Shown here in pieces: positions 1 to 10,340 of a stretch of DNA of 64,000 nt (the stretch's first letter is position 1; the number at the start of each line of letters is the position of its first letter). The stretch is taken from contig JADFXT010000005.1 of the NCBI GenBank assembly GCA_015233405.1, positions 74,210-138,209 on the forward strand. The letters are read 5' to 3'. Position numbers and translations under genes: made by a program. The stretch is from Candidatus Omnitrophota bacterium. Lineage in GTDB: Bacteria; Omnitrophota; Gorgyraeia; Zapsychrales; Zapsychraceae. Under the pieces are notes generated by a model. It had not been told where the DNA came from, searched no databases, and was given only the letters and a program-made list of their open reading frames with translations.

Positions 1-207
1 AAGCTTCTGGATTTAATGAGAAAGCATATCGATGAAATTGAGGATTTACATAAAACCAAAAATGCTCACTTTCTAGTCGAAACCGGGGATTTGATTATCT
101 TATGTTTTGAGATTCTTTTAGAAAACGACTGTTCCATCGATGAGACGGTGGAATTATGTTTTAACCGTTATAACAACAAAATCAAACAACTTCTTAAGAA
201 ATCATGA
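1..207 (+). CDS. 3' end of a gene entering from upstream of the window; tentatively MazG-like nucleotide pyrophosphohydrolase C-terminus
   Basis: Frame 1 is open from base 1 (KLLDLMRKH...), so the ATG at 16 is probably internal. ETGDLIILCFEILL...SIDE resembles the E-x-G-D-L helix of MazG-type all-alpha NTP pyrophosphatases. The stop overlaps the next start (ATGA at 204). Confidence 0.35.
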   Translation, partial: KLLDLMRKHIDEIEDLHKTKNAHFLVETGDLIILCFEILLENDCSIDETVELCFNRYNNKIKQLLKKS

Positions 208-776
208 TCCTTTGGTCAAAATTCCTATTAGCATCTATTAGCCTATTTTGGGGCAGAAAACTTTATTGGGCGCTAGCCGGTTTATCTAGCTGCTGGGTTG
301 GCATTCAATTTATATTTAAAATATTTCCGCATCCATCTAACCAGACCGTTATCATCGGCGCCGTTGCCTTTGGACTTATAGGAGTCATGGTGGCGTTATT
401 CATCAAACACCTCCTTGTAATGATCGCTGGATTTATCGTCGGGGGATATGCTTTTACGCAAATCTGCACGATTCTTCATGTTTCCATGACGAGTTTATCT
501 TATTGGGGTGTTTTTATTATTGGTGGATTTATCCTTGCCGCATTTTTCATGATCTTCTTTGAACTTGTGCTTATTTTCGCAACGGCGTTGTGCGGCGCAT
601 ATATTTTTTATCAAATGTTGCCTTTTGAAAGAAATATTAATATCGCCATCTTGATTATTCCATTTTTCTTAGGTATTAATTATCAATTTACTCACATGAG
701 AAATGACCAGGTTCAACGCTTTAAAAATATTGATCTTGACCGATTCCTTCAAAAATCCATGAAAAATAGATCATAG
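204..776 (+). CDS. polytopic small membrane protein, function unknown
   Basis: 190-aa ORF with about 6 hydrophobic segments (e.g. VIIGAVAFGLIGVMVALFI, GVFIIGGFILAAFFMIFFELVLIF). 4-nt overlap with the upstream gene. Confidence 0.6.
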   Translation: MILWSKFLLASISLFWGRKLYWALAGLSSCWVGIQFIFKIFPHPSNQTVIIGAVAFGLIGVMVALFIKHLLVMIAGFIVGGYAFTQICTILHVSMTSLSYWGVFIIGGFILAAFFMIFFELVLIFATALCGAYIFYQMLPFERNINIAILIIPFFLGINYQFTHMRNDQVQRFKNIDLDRFLQKSMKNRS

Positions 777-791
777 GAAAGGATTTCTTCG

Positions 792-1472
792 ATGAAAAAA
801 AACTATCTTATCATTCTTTTTTTAGTACTCATTGCCCGTCAAGCATTTGCTGCGCCGGCGTATGGGACCAAAATGCCGGAAAAAGGGAATTTCTTTATCG
901 GAGGACAAACGCATATCGTCCAGCAAAGGGAACTCGAGAAGGATAACGGCAAGATGTCGAGCTCCCAAAACTTTTTCTTGATCTCTTATGGTGTTCTAGA
1001 TTGGTTAAGCCTTGACCTAAAAGGGGGAGCAGGCAACGTCCAACTGCATAAAACAGACAGCGAAGACTTTAATTATCATTCCTTCTTGGCCGGAGGGTAC
1101 GGATTTCGCATCAAGTATCTGGACCAGGAAAAATTAAAGGCCGTATTCGGATTTCAACACATTAGTGACCATCCCTACACCATCGACAGGGACGGAAAAA
1201 AATACAAAGCCGTTTTAGATGATTGGCAATTATCGACGCTGATCTCTTATGATCTACATTGCATTAACCCGTACGCTGGCGTCAAACTCTCGACAATGAA
1301 CTATATCAATTGGATCGACACAGAACGAAATCTTGTGAAATCCGATTCAGGAAAGAGCGTTGGGCTTGTGGCCGGCATGGATATTCCTTTTAACAAAAAG
1401 ATCTGGTTAAATGTTGAAGGGCAATTTGTTGATGTCAAAGCCATTGCTGCCAGCATTAATTTTTCATTTTAA
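792..1472 (+). CDS. putative outer-membrane beta-barrel protein
   Basis: N-terminal signal peptide (MKKNYLIILFLVLIARQAFA|AP). Alternating amphipathic beta-like segments. C-terminal aromatic residue (…SINFSF), typical of OMPs. RBS-like aggaaagg lies upstream. Confidence 0.55.
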   Translation: MKKNYLIILFLVLIARQAFAAPAYGTKMPEKGNFFIGGQTHIVQQRELEKDNGKMSSSQNFFLISYGVLDWLSLDLKGGAGNVQLHKTDSEDFNYHSFLAGGYGFRIKYLDQEKLKAVFGFQHISDHPYTIDRDGKKYKAVLDDWQLSTLISYDLHCINPYAGVKLSTMNYINWIDTERNLVKSDSGKSVGLVAGMDIPFNKKIWLNVEGQFVDVKAIAASINFSF

Positions 1473-1499
1473 CCTTACGAAAAATCGCCAACAAATTCC

Positions 1500-2417
1500 A
1501 TGGCCATGTTAACTTCCATTGCGGAATTTTTATTGCCTAAATCCTTCCAGCGAAAAATCAAAAGATGGTCTTTAAATCATGCCCACGTCCGACTGTCGAA
1601 ACATCCTAAATTTAGCGAAGCAGAGTTTCGCGATATTTTAACAAACCGTTTAGGCGTAAAACCAGGAAGCGCAGTCTTTATTCATTCCTCTGTCGATAAA
1701 TTAAATATCGGTTTTCCTGCCTCTAAAGTTATTCCCATGTTACTTGATATCGTTGGGAAAGAAGGGACGCTTCTATTCCCATCTACGCACATTACGGGTG
1801 ACACGGAAAATTGTTTAAATGAATCTTTTTGCTTTGATGTTAATAAAACGCCGACCAAAATGGGCCTATTGGCTGAATTCGCACGTCGGCATAAAAATGC
1901 TTCTCGCTCCATGCATCCGACAAATTCTGTTGTAGCCATAGGAAAACATGCCCATGATTTGGTCCATGAGCATACGAATTCTGTTTATCCCTGTGGAGAA
2001 AAAAGTCCTTATTATAAGATCATTGGTTTTAATGGAATTTTTATCGGGTTAGGCGTAAATTCAGACAATTTGACCTTTGTGCATTGCATAGAAGACGCCC
2101 TTAAAGATGCTTTTCCCATCAAAACACGCAAAGATAAAATTTATAGCGTTACAGTTATCGATGGGAATGGGAAAAAACAGCAAATCGAAACGCTCGTTGC
2201 TCATCCTGACATTGCCTTAAGAAATGTAAAAGGGTTTATGAAACAGCATATTCCGGCAAGCATCGGGCAAGATTTCCAAATCCGCGGGGTCGATTTCTTT
2301 ACGTTCGACGCCAAGATGCTTTTCGATAAAATGTCTTCGCTCGCTAAAGAAAATACTACGATCTATAATTTACCCTTAATAAAACTTATTAATCTTTTTC
2401 GTCGAACAACTTCATGA
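1500..2417 (+). CDS. aminoglycoside N3-acetyltransferase (AAC(3)) family protein
   Basis: LGVKPGSAVFIHSSVDKLNIG and SRSMHPTNSVVAIG match the two hallmark AAC(3)-family segments (LGV-x-G-x-V-x-VHSS; HPT-x-S-V-x-A-x-G). Confidence 0.65.
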   Translation: MAMLTSIAEFLLPKSFQRKIKRWSLNHAHVRLSKHPKFSEAEFRDILTNRLGVKPGSAVFIHSSVDKLNIGFPASKVIPMLLDIVGKEGTLLFPSTHITGDTENCLNESFCFDVNKTPTKMGLLAEFARRHKNASRSMHPTNSVVAIGKHAHDLVHEHTNSVYPCGEKSPYYKIIGFNGIFIGLGVNSDNLTFVHCIEDALKDAFPIKTRKDKIYSVTVIDGNGKKQQIETLVAHPDIALRNVKGFMKQHIPASIGQDFQIRGVDFFTFDAKMLFDKMSSLAKENTTIYNLPLIKLINLFRRTTS

Positions 2418-3517
2418 ATAAAATCAATTATAAAAATGTCGCTGACCAGGCGTTGGAAGTCCTTTTTAACGATAAAAATCATCTGGGTTTTTGGGATGAT
2501 AAACGTCATCAACTCTACGGCAAATTAAATCATGACCGCGCTTGGAATTGGAAGCCGTCGATGGAATTCTCAGATTATTACGGTGGATTTTGTCTGACCA
2601 TGGTTCTTTTATCAAACCGATTGTTTCAGCTCAACATTGCCAAACACGAGACAAAAATAAAAGAATATCTTAAGCATATAAAAACAAACTTCACCCGTTT
2701 CAACAAAGACACGCTAACTTATGGAGCTTTTAATGCCCTAGTGCTCGGCGAGATTCTAGGATTTTCTAACGCAAAAGAAGAGATCGAATATGGTATAAAT
2801 TATTTACGCGATTCTTTGCCGCGTATCACAGACAATCAAGATAGTTTGGCATTAATTGGTTTGTCGTTTTATTTGAAAGAGATTTCTCCCGATAACCAAA
2901 CCGCAAAAGCACTCTTAAAGAATCTCATCGAAAATTTACTTAAATCGCAAAATCGGCAAGGCTTTTTTGAGACCGGCGATATCCGCGCTTATCATCACCA
3001 CCGAATAATGTATCCTTTATGGGGATTGGCCTGCGCATCAGAGCTTGTTTATAAAGAAGAAATCCGTGTTTCGATAGAAAAGACTATTCAATACGTCTGG
3101 GATAACCGACAGGACAAAAGCTATGACGCTTTTTGGTGGCATCCACAAGCCTATTTTGTCAAAAATCGATGGGGGATTCCGGTGCCAATTGCGATTCCTT
3201 TTACATCACAGTATTTTTATGAATGTCATCAGTGTTTTTTTGTTATTGCTGAAAGGATCTACCAATCTTTTTTTAAATCAGAACGCTACGCGCAATATTC
3301 TTTAAATGCCCTTAACTGGATATGGGGGAAAAATCCATTATCTAAGAACCTTCTCGATATCAGCGGAATTGGATTGCCTGTTCGCGTGATGGAGGCCAAC
3401 GGGAACTTACACATCTTAGGAGAACAATTTAAAGGAAGCTATGAAATGGGCAGTTTTATTTGTGCCTTAGCTGGAATGCAGGACGAGACGCCCGCTAATA
3501 AATTTGTTCTAAAGTAA
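2414..3517 (+). CDS. hypothetical protein, helical-repeat character, no recognisable catalytic motif
   Basis: 367-aa ORF, 4-nt overlap with the upstream gene, codon usage like its neighbours. No motif I can name. Confidence 0.5.
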   Translation: MNKINYKNVADQALEVLFNDKNHLGFWDDKRHQLYGKLNHDRAWNWKPSMEFSDYYGGFCLTMVLLSNRLFQLNIAKHETKIKEYLKHIKTNFTRFNKDTLTYGAFNALVLGEILGFSNAKEEIEYGINYLRDSLPRITDNQDSLALIGLSFYLKEISPDNQTAKALLKNLIENLLKSQNRQGFFETGDIRAYHHHRIMYPLWGLACASELVYKEEIRVSIEKTIQYVWDNRQDKSYDAFWWHPQAYFVKNRWGIPVPIAIPFTSQYFYECHQCFFVIAERIYQSFFKSERYAQYSLNALNWIWGKNPLSKNLLDISGIGLPVRVMEANGNLHILGEQFKGSYEMGSFICALAGMQDETPANKFVLK

Positions 3518-3557
3518 TATTTGATAAACGATTCTTTTATTGTAGAATAACACCCAT

Positions 3558-5594
3558 ATGATTTCCTTCTTGAAACGATTCCAATCTCTGTTATTTTCTT
3601 TTGCTATCATATCCGTCGGATGGATAACCTACGGGCACACCTTAAATTACACATTCCACTTTGATGATGAATTTTTTCTCATCAAAAATCCTGCCATCCG
3701 CCATTTAGCCGACCCAGTGGGGGTCTGGCACTATGATCCTACACGCTTTGTCGCCTATTACTCCTTGGCCATTAATTACGCCATTCATCAATTTCGCTTA
3801 CCTGGTTGGCACATTACGAATATCTTTATCCATATTATTGCCGCACTTGCCGCGTATTGGTTAACGAACCTTTTGCTATCAACTCCTCGGATGGCAGAAG
3901 ATGTCTTAAACCGTCACAAAAAGCTACTTGCATTTTTTGTCGGATTAATTTTTGTCGCGCATCCTGTCCAAACGCAATCCGTTACATACATTTGGCAGAG
4001 ATGTGCATCTTTAGCGACCATGTTTTACCTTTTGTCTTTATGTTGCTATTTAAAAGCGCGACTCACAAACAATCGAAAAAGATTTTTTATTTTAGCCGGA
4101 ATCTTGGCAATGTTAGCATTTTTCACCAAAGAGATGACTGCCACATTGCCTGTCATGATTATTGTCATTGAAGGGACTCTATTTCACTTAACATTTTCTA
4201 AGGTTAAAACTACATTTTTAAGACACCGCAATATTTTCATTGTATTAGCAATTCTTCTTTTGTTCTTGCCATTTTTATGCCTGCAAGGCTTTTTCGCTGA
4301 TTATGGCATGAAAGCTCCGTCGGAATCTTTTGACGGAGAATTTATCAGCGGGAAAAATTATCTTATCTCCCAATTCAGGGTTTTATGGACATACATCCGG
4401 CTATTGTTTGTCCCCATGCATCAAAATCTGGACTATGAATATCACGTGTCGAAAAGTTTTTTTGAGCTAAAAACATTTTTAGGATTTGCCGGTTTACTCC
4501 TGATCATTTTTGGAGCCATAAAATTATTTAAAAAGCACCGCTTCTTATCTTTAGGGATATTCTGGTTCTTTATAACAATCTCGATTGAAGGAGGGATTGT
4601 CCCGATTGATTGTCTTATTTATGAACATCGCCTTTATCTTCCCATGTTTGGATATGCTTTATTCCTGGTAAGCGCGTTGTTCACATTATTCCAAGAAAAA
4701 CATTTTAAACATCTCATTATAGGGTTAACCGTTATATCTATGTTCTATGCTGCTGCGACGATAAAACGCAACTTCGTCTGGAAAGATGATTATACGCTTT
4801 GGAGCGATGTCATTAAAAAATCTCCGAACAAACTTCGGGCCTTCAATAATCGCGGAAAGGCCTTGGCGGAAATGGGCAAACAGGAGGAAGCCATTGAAGA
4901 TTTTAATCGGGGCATCGCCATCAATCCTACAACCTGGGCGCTTTATATTAATCGCGGGATTGGCTATCAAACTTTAGGACGATATAAAGAGGCCTACGAC
5001 GACTTTACGAAAGTCATCCAAAACAGCCGTGATGCCCACGCCTATAATTGCCGCGCACAATTGCGTTATGCCATGGGAGATGTCGACGGCGCTATTATGG
5101 ATTTTTCGAGCGCGATCAGTCAAAATCGCCTGCACCTTCAAGCTATTTTGAACAGAGGGACTTTGTACGTCCAGAAAAAACAATATAAATTGGCTCTTTA
5201 TGATTTCACGAATGCTATTTCGCTCGACCCATTTTATGCTCCGTCCTATGAAAATCGGGGAGACGTTTATTACCGACAAGGAAAAACCCAAGAAGCCCTG
5301 AACGATTTCAGCAAGGCGATCGAATTAATGCCTAATGTTCCATTTTTTTATCAAAATCGCGCAGCTCTTTATATGAGCATGGGGTCTGTTGAAAAAAGCC
5401 TATTGGATATTCAAAAAACCATCACCCTTGATCCCTATAATACTAAAGCTTATTTTCAGAGAGGAATCCTTTATTCCCAGAGAAAAGAATATGACAAGGC
5501 CTTAAGCGATTTTATGAATGCCCGCAACCTCGGTTATCCTCTTGATCCCAAAATTTTACCGCAGATAAAAGCTTTAATGAATAAAAATAAATAA
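3558..5594 (+). CDS. polytopic membrane protein with C-terminal TPR array (TMTC / protein O-mannosyltransferase-like architecture)
   Basis: N-terminal ~420 aa with >=9 TM segments and an HFDDEFFLIKNP motif near TM1. C-terminal ~250 aa holds >=6 TPR units (e.g. AFNNRGKALAEMGKQEEAIEDFNRGIAINP). Confidence 0.6.
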   Translation: MISFLKRFQSLLFSFAIISVGWITYGHTLNYTFHFDDEFFLIKNPAIRHLADPVGVWHYDPTRFVAYYSLAINYAIHQFRLPGWHITNIFIHIIAALAAYWLTNLLLSTPRMAEDVLNRHKKLLAFFVGLIFVAHPVQTQSVTYIWQRCASLATMFYLLSLCCYLKARLTNNRKRFFILAGILAMLAFFTKEMTATLPVMIIVIEGTLFHLTFSKVKTTFLRHRNIFIVLAILLLFLPFLCLQGFFADYGMKAPSESFDGEFISGKNYLISQFRVLWTYIRLLFVPMHQNLDYEYHVSKSFFELKTFLGFAGLLLIIFGAIKLFKKHRFLSLGIFWFFITISIEGGIVPIDCLIYEHRLYLPMFGYALFLVSALFTLFQEKHFKHLIIGLTVISMFYAAATIKRNFVWKDDYTLWSDVIKKSPNKLRAFNNRGKALAEMGKQEEAIEDFNRGIAINPTTWALYINRGIGYQTLGRYKEAYDDFTKVIQNSRDAHAYNCRAQLRYAMGDVDGAIMDFSSAISQNRLHLQAILNRGTLYVQKKQYKLALYDFTNAISLDPFYAPSYENRGDVYYRQGKTQEALNDFSKAIELMPNVPFFYQNRAALYMSMGSVEKSLLDIQKTITLDPYNTKAYFQRGILYSQRKEYDKALSDFMNARNLGYPLDPKILPQIKALMNKNK

Positions 5595-5618
5595 CGTAAA
5601 TATTATTATTTTATTTAG

Positions 5619-5647
5619 TTGACAATTAAAGAATTTTTAGGCATACT
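5619..5647 (+). promoter_or_regulatory. candidate sigma70-type promoter for csp, giving a long 5' UTR
   Basis: TTGACA (5619-5624), 17-nt spacer, CATACT (5642-5647). This would leave a ~135-nt leader, as is typical of cold-shock genes. Confidence 0.4.
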
Positions 5648-5784
5648 TACAGAGAATCAGGGCAGTAAATAAATGGAAATGTTGAAGGATCTAGCTTCAG
5701 AGATATAATACTTGCTTAAGAAACCTGAAACACAGCCATTATTTACTCGTAATTGTTTAACAGTTGGAAAGGAGGAAGTAGGTA

Positions 5785-5985
5785 ATGGCTAAAGGTAAAG
5801 TAAAATGGTTTAGCAACCAAAAAGGCTATGGCTTTATTACCCCTGAAAATGGCAAAGATGTATTCGTCCATTTTTCAGCGATTCAAGGTGAAGGTTACAA
5901 ATCCCTTGAAGAAGGACAAGAAGTGGAATTCGAAATCACTAAAGGTCCTAAGGGCGAACAAGCTACAAACGTTACTAGAATATAA
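5785..5985 (+). CDS. cspA: cold-shock protein, CspA family
   Basis: [15 protein letters not shown] (RNP1) and VFVHFSAI (RNP2) motifs. 66 aa. Strong RBS ggaaaggagg upstream. Confidence 0.95.
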   Translation: MAKGKVKWFSNQKGYGFITPENGKDVFVHFSAIQGEGYKSLEEGQEVEFEITKGPKGEQATNVTRI

Positions 5986-6023
5986 TCATTAGGTTAAACC
6001 TAATTTTATTCTTAAAAGAAAAT

Positions 6024-6050
6024 CCCCGGCAATTTTGTCGGGGTTTTCTT
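6024..6050 (+). terminator. Rho-independent terminator after csp
   Basis: CCCCGGCA-ATTT-TGTCGGGG hairpin with one mismatch, followed by TTTTCTTT. Confidence 0.6.
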
Positions 6051-6078
6051 TATCCGCTAAATTCAGAAAGAAACGTGC

Positions 6079-6855
6079 ATGAAGATTGATAAAACAATAG
6101 TTGTCTTGGATTTGGAAACAACCGGAACTTGGATTGAGAAAGACAAGATCATTGAAATTGCCATGATTAAACTTTTCGTTGATGGACGGACGGAAAATTA
6201 TGAGAAAAAGATCAATCCTCAAATGCCGATTCCCCCAGCAGTGACCGAATTAACAGGCATCACGAATGAAGATGTAAAAACAGCTCCCATTTTTAAAGAA
6301 GTAGCCAAAGAGATCCTAGATTTTATCGCAGATGCTGATCTAGCCGGTTTTAATGTGGAACGGTTTGACCTGCCGGTTTTAGAACGAGAGCTCATTCAAG
6401 CAGGGCAATCATTTAATTGGAAAATACGAAAAATTTATGACGCCCAAAAAGTGTATCATGTCAAAGAAAAGCGCGATCTCACAGCTGCCTATAAATTTTA
6501 TTGTGATAAAGACCTTGAAAATGCCCATAGCGCTTTGGCAGATACCCAAGCTGTTTTGGAAATCTTGAAAGCCCAAGTCCATAAATATGGGCAAGGAAGC
6601 GACAGCATTAAAGAATTAGACCAATTTGATTATAAAACTAACGCCGAATTCTACGACGAAGACCGTAAAATCCGTTGGTGGAATGGAAAGCTTTATATGA
6701 TGTTCGGTAAATACGCCCGTCAATATAGCCTCCAAGATGTCGCGAAAAAAGACCCCGGATATTTGGAATGGATTCTCTCCGCCGACTTTAGCGAAGAAGT
6801 CAAGATACTGATGGAAGATGCGTTAAAAGGAAAATTCCCCACTCAAGAAAAGTAA
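6079..6855 (+). CDS. DEDDh 3'-5' exonuclease (DNA polymerase III epsilon-like) with C-terminal extension
   Basis: ExoI VVLDLETTG, ExoII-like GFNVERFDLPVL and ExoIII HSALADT motifs in the correct order. Confidence 0.75.
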   Translation: MKIDKTIVVLDLETTGTWIEKDKIIEIAMIKLFVDGRTENYEKKINPQMPIPPAVTELTGITNEDVKTAPIFKEVAKEILDFIADADLAGFNVERFDLPVLERELIQAGQSFNWKIRKIYDAQKVYHVKEKRDLTAAYKFYCDKDLENAHSALADTQAVLEILKAQVHKYGQGSDSIKELDQFDYKTNAEFYDEDRKIRWWNGKLYMMFGKYARQYSLQDVAKKDPGYLEWILSADFSEEVKILMEDALKGKFPTQEK

Positions 6856-6873
6856 ATTTAAGGAGTTTGTTTT

Positions 6874-7947
6874 ATGGAAATTGGCATCATTGGATTACCG
6901 AATGTCGGAAAATCGACATTGTTTAATGCGTTAACGGGCGCGGCAGCGGCAGCAGAAAATTTTCCTTTTACAACCATTGACCCGAATATCGGTGTCGTTC
7001 CTCTTCCTGACCCTAAATTAAAACTCCTTTCTGATAAAAATAATAGCCGAAAAATTACGCAGGACGCCATACGATTTGTCGATATTGCCGGGATTGTCAA
7101 AGGGGCAAGCCAGGGGGAAGGACTGGGCAATAAATTTCTCGCCAATATCCGTACGGTTGATGCCATTGTGCATGTCGTTCGATGTTTTAAGGATGAAAAC
7201 GTCGTCAATGTCATGGATAGTTTAGACCCGAATGGTGCGGCTGAAATTATTGAAACCGAACTTCTTTTAGCAGACCTTCAGCAATGCGAGAAAACATTGG
7301 ATCGAGTCCAGAAGATGGCCAAATCCGGCGATAAAGAAGCTCAAAACAAATATCTCCTTGTCCAAGATGTCATAAAAAGTCTTAATGACGGCAAATCTCT
7401 TAGACAGATGAAATTGCCCCAAGAGTTCTTAAATGAATACCAGTTTCTAACAGCCAAGCCTATTCTTTATGTCGCCAATACGGATGAAACGAATACGGCC
7501 CCGGAATTTATTGAAATTTTAAAAAGGCGAGCGGAAAAAGAACAAGCCGGGCTTGTGGTCATGTGCGCCAAGATCGAAGCAGAGATCGTCCAGCTTCCGT
7601 CGGAAGATCGAAGCGATTATTACGCTTCAGCCGGTATTACCCAGCCCGGATTAGTGACGCTTATTCAGGAAGGCAAGAAGCTCCTTAATCTCGCTTGTTT
7701 TTACACTTCCGGCGAGACTGAAACACGCGGGTGGCTTATTCCCCAAGGAACAAAAGCCCCGCAAGCCGCTGGAAAGATCCATTCCGACTTCGAGCGTGGG
7801 TTTATTCGTGCAGAAGTTTACAAATATGATGACCTTATGAAATACGGGTCGGAACAAGAACTGCGAGCCAAAGGGCTTATTTCCCTTGAAGGCAAAGAAT
7901 ATGTGGTCCAGGACAGCGATGTCGTATTCTTCAGGTTCAGCGTTTAA
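6874..7947 (+). CDS. ychF: redox-regulated ATPase / GTP-binding protein YchF
   Basis: P-loop [34 protein letters not shown] and the C-terminal TGS-like [12 protein letters not shown]...[17 protein letters not shown]. Confidence 0.9.
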   Translation: MEIGIIGLPNVGKSTLFNALTGAAAAAENFPFTTIDPNIGVVPLPDPKLKLLSDKNNSRKITQDAIRFVDIAGIVKGASQGEGLGNKFLANIRTVDAIVHVVRCFKDENVVNVMDSLDPNGAAEIIETELLLADLQQCEKTLDRVQKMAKSGDKEAQNKYLLVQDVIKSLNDGKSLRQMKLPQEFLNEYQFLTAKPILYVANTDETNTAPEFIEILKRRAEKEQAGLVVMCAKIEAEIVQLPSEDRSDYYASAGITQPGLVTLIQEGKKLLNLACFYTSGETETRGWLIPQGTKAPQAAGKIHSDFERGFIRAEVYKYDDLMKYGSEQELRAKGLISLEGKEYVVQDSDVVFFRFSV

Positions 7948-7997
7948 TTCCTTAAGAAGTTTCTTCTAACGCCACTTTTGAAAACCGGTTATTTTTC

Positions 7998-10235
7998 ATG
8001 CCAGAGCAAATAAAAAATATACGGTTCCCTGCAAATGGAGCCCAACCGGCTAAATCCCGCGGTCCACATCTTCTAGCCCGTTGGGGCGACATCCTGAACC
8101 AAGAACCATTCTTCCACAGGCTGAAATCCGCGGCCTGCTGGTTCATGGATAAAAACATCTTCTGTATTGGTTTCTTGTGTTTCTTTCTCGTAACTAATTT
8201 TTTTATAATCGGCAAATATTCTTCTTATCCTTGGTGGCATTCTAACGGATGCGATTCCGACGGACTTTTTGCAGCAACGACCATCGGACTGCTTAATGGA
8301 AGCAGCTTAAGCTTTCTCATGCACCCGGCAGCTTCTTTATGCTCCTTGTATGGAATAGGCTATCATATTTTAGCCATTTTTAGCCCGCAGTATAACCAAC
8401 TGTTCCACTTGAACCAGATAACCAGCTTCTTTGACGCGTTAAGGATCCTGGATTTAGCCGTATGCGCGTCGAGGATTTTTAACTTATTATTTTCTCTCGT
8501 CTTTGTTGCTATATTTTTCTCTTTCCTCTACCGATTAACCCGCTCCAGAATCATTGCCACCTTAGTCACATTTTGCTTAATCAACATGCGCGGATTTCTT
8601 TATTATAGTTATTGGTCCCGCCCGGATTTATTGGCTCTATTGTTTATTTTCGCCTCGCTGTATTTATATTACTCCCGAACACCACAAACGTCTTGTTCTT
8701 GGACATCCACGATAAAATTGTTTATGCTAATCGGCCTCTTAAACGGTCTTGCCATTTTTGCTAAGATTCAAATTATCCCTGCCGTTGTTATTCTTTTTGG
8801 AAGCTTCGCGATTTATCATGTTTTTTTTGTTTCTACAAACGAAACTTCACAGTATTTGTCCAAAAGATTAAAAACCTCTTTAGTCATTTCATTATTAAAC
8901 ATGGCTCTGATGCCGTGGTGGATGCTTAAACGCCCAGCATTTATAACTCCGGATTATTTAAAATATAAAGCAGGACTTTTCAACACTCTTGTTTATGGAC
9001 GAGCCCAAGACAATTTTTATTTTCCCATATTTATAATCCTCTTCGGCATGCTCGTTGTTTCTCTTGTCTTCTTGGTATTCGCTCAAAAAAAATCTACCGT
9101 CGGCATCTTCGCCCAAAGGTTATCTTATCAAATATTTTTTAGTAACTGCTTTGTGACCGGACTGATCATCTCCATATATATTATTCTTCTTCCAATTTCT
9201 GGGAACCTTGCCAAATATCTGGCTAACACGCACCACCTGATTTATTCGATGCTCACAAACATTTCCTACGGCGGATATGCCAATACGAAAGCTTTTATCC
9301 TAAGTGATGTTTGGAAAAAAATCGTTATTTTATATAACGGAAGTTTTAACACTCTCATACGGACAAACATTTTTTATGTTATGTTGGGATTGATGACCCT
9401 TAGTCTCTTGAGACTAATCACGAAAAAAGGATCTGTTCTCACAAAACATTATTTGGTCGTTCTAGCTCTTTTAGCAACGGGCATTATCATGGACACGGTA
9501 TCCGGTTTCCGAGGAGATGTTCCTTATATTCGGATCTATTATATGATTTATTCTTTAACCTTTTATTGTGCTGGCGCTGCCTTATTTTTATCTTTAGAGC
9601 TTAAACAGCCGCCATCATCATCCTGGATCAATAAATTCTTAAAATTTTTCTGCTATTGGATCATGTTCTGCTTAGTGGCACACCTCTTTTCGGCAACGGT
9701 TTCCTTTTTTAAACAACCACGGGCAAGTGGCATTACCGACGAAAGCCCGATCCTTTCTTATTCGAACACGAGAGAAGGTATTAATAATTTTTGGCCCATT
9801 GTCGAGGACCGATTGCGGCAAGTGCAGGGCCAGGGCGAATTAAAAATATACCCTTCCAAAGCTAAGATCGAAATTAATGACAGCCGTAAAGAAAACAGCC
9901 GGCAATTGCTAAATGAGGGGCTGGAATATTTAAAGAAAGGGCATGAAGACATTAGAAATATTTCAAAAGCTATTCAGAACTTCACCAATGCCATTAAAGA
10001 AAATCCTACAGATATTAATACTTATTTAGTTTTAGTAAATACATATATGGCGCTCGGGTCTTATCAAGAGGCGATCGGGTTCCTTCAGCTGGCTTTAATC
10101 GAATTCCCAGAAGAGGGAACGCTCTATAATCTTATTAGTGCGTGTTATGAAAAAGTTGGCGATTCAGGGTTGGCAACATATTATTTGAAAGAAAAGCTTC
10201 GTGTTGCTAAAAAAATCTCCCTTAAAATCAAATAA
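7998..10235 (+). CDS. large polytopic membrane protein with C-terminal TPR repeats (ArnT/PMT-like architecture)
   Basis: >=12 hydrophobic segments, then TPR-like AIQNFTNAIKENPTDINTYLVLVNTYMALGSYQEAIGFLQLAL. The true start may be the downstream MDKNIF… Met. Confidence 0.55.
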   Translation: MPEQIKNIRFPANGAQPAKSRGPHLLARWGDILNQEPFFHRLKSAACWFMDKNIFCIGFLCFFLVTNFFIIGKYSSYPWWHSNGCDSDGLFAATTIGLLNGSSLSFLMHPAASLCSLYGIGYHILAIFSPQYNQLFHLNQITSFFDALRILDLAVCASRIFNLLFSLVFVAIFFSFLYRLTRSRIIATLVTFCLINMRGFLYYSYWSRPDLLALLFIFASLYLYYSRTPQTSCSWTSTIKLFMLIGLLNGLAIFAKIQIIPAVVILFGSFAIYHVFFVSTNETSQYLSKRLKTSLVISLLNMALMPWWMLKRPAFITPDYLKYKAGLFNTLVYGRAQDNFYFPIFIILFGMLVVSLVFLVFAQKKSTVGIFAQRLSYQIFFSNCFVTGLIISIYIILLPISGNLAKYLANTHHLIYSMLTNISYGGYANTKAFILSDVWKKIVILYNGSFNTLIRTNIFYVMLGLMTLSLLRLITKKGSVLTKHYLVVLALLATGIIMDTVSGFRGDVPYIRIYYMIYSLTFYCAGAALFLSLELKQPPSSSWINKFLKFFCYWIMFCLVAHLFSATVSFFKQPRASGITDESPILSYSNTREGINNFWPIVEDRLRQVQGQGELKIYPSKAKIEINDSRKENSRQLLNEGLEYLKKGHEDIRNISKAIQNFTNAIKENPTDINTYLVLVNTYMALGSYQEAIGFLQLALIEFPEEGTLYNLISACYEKVGDSGLATYYLKEKLRVAKKISLKIK

Positions 10236-10256
10236 AGATAAATTAAAAAACTATAA

Positions 10257-10285
10257 TTGTCTTCAGTCGCTTCTATAGGTATAAT
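10257..10285 (+). promoter_or_regulatory. candidate promoter for glgP
   Basis: TTGTCT (10257-10262), 17-nt spacer, TATAAT (10280-10285). Confidence 0.4.
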
Positions 10286-10340
10286 AAGGCCAATTCTGAA
10301 TCAAATTTAATAACGACAGCTAAAGAAAAAAGAGGTGTTT

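Noticed and set aside
3806-4171. Alternative-frame ORFs nested in real genes (3806-4171, 10954-11310, 11977-12345, 35978-36244, 51473-51889, 55736-56095, 62075-62389, 63298-63675).
   Set aside because: Each overlaps a longer ORF with strong family motifs. Their translations are low-complexity, Arg/Ser/Cys-rich sequences typical of off-frame reading.
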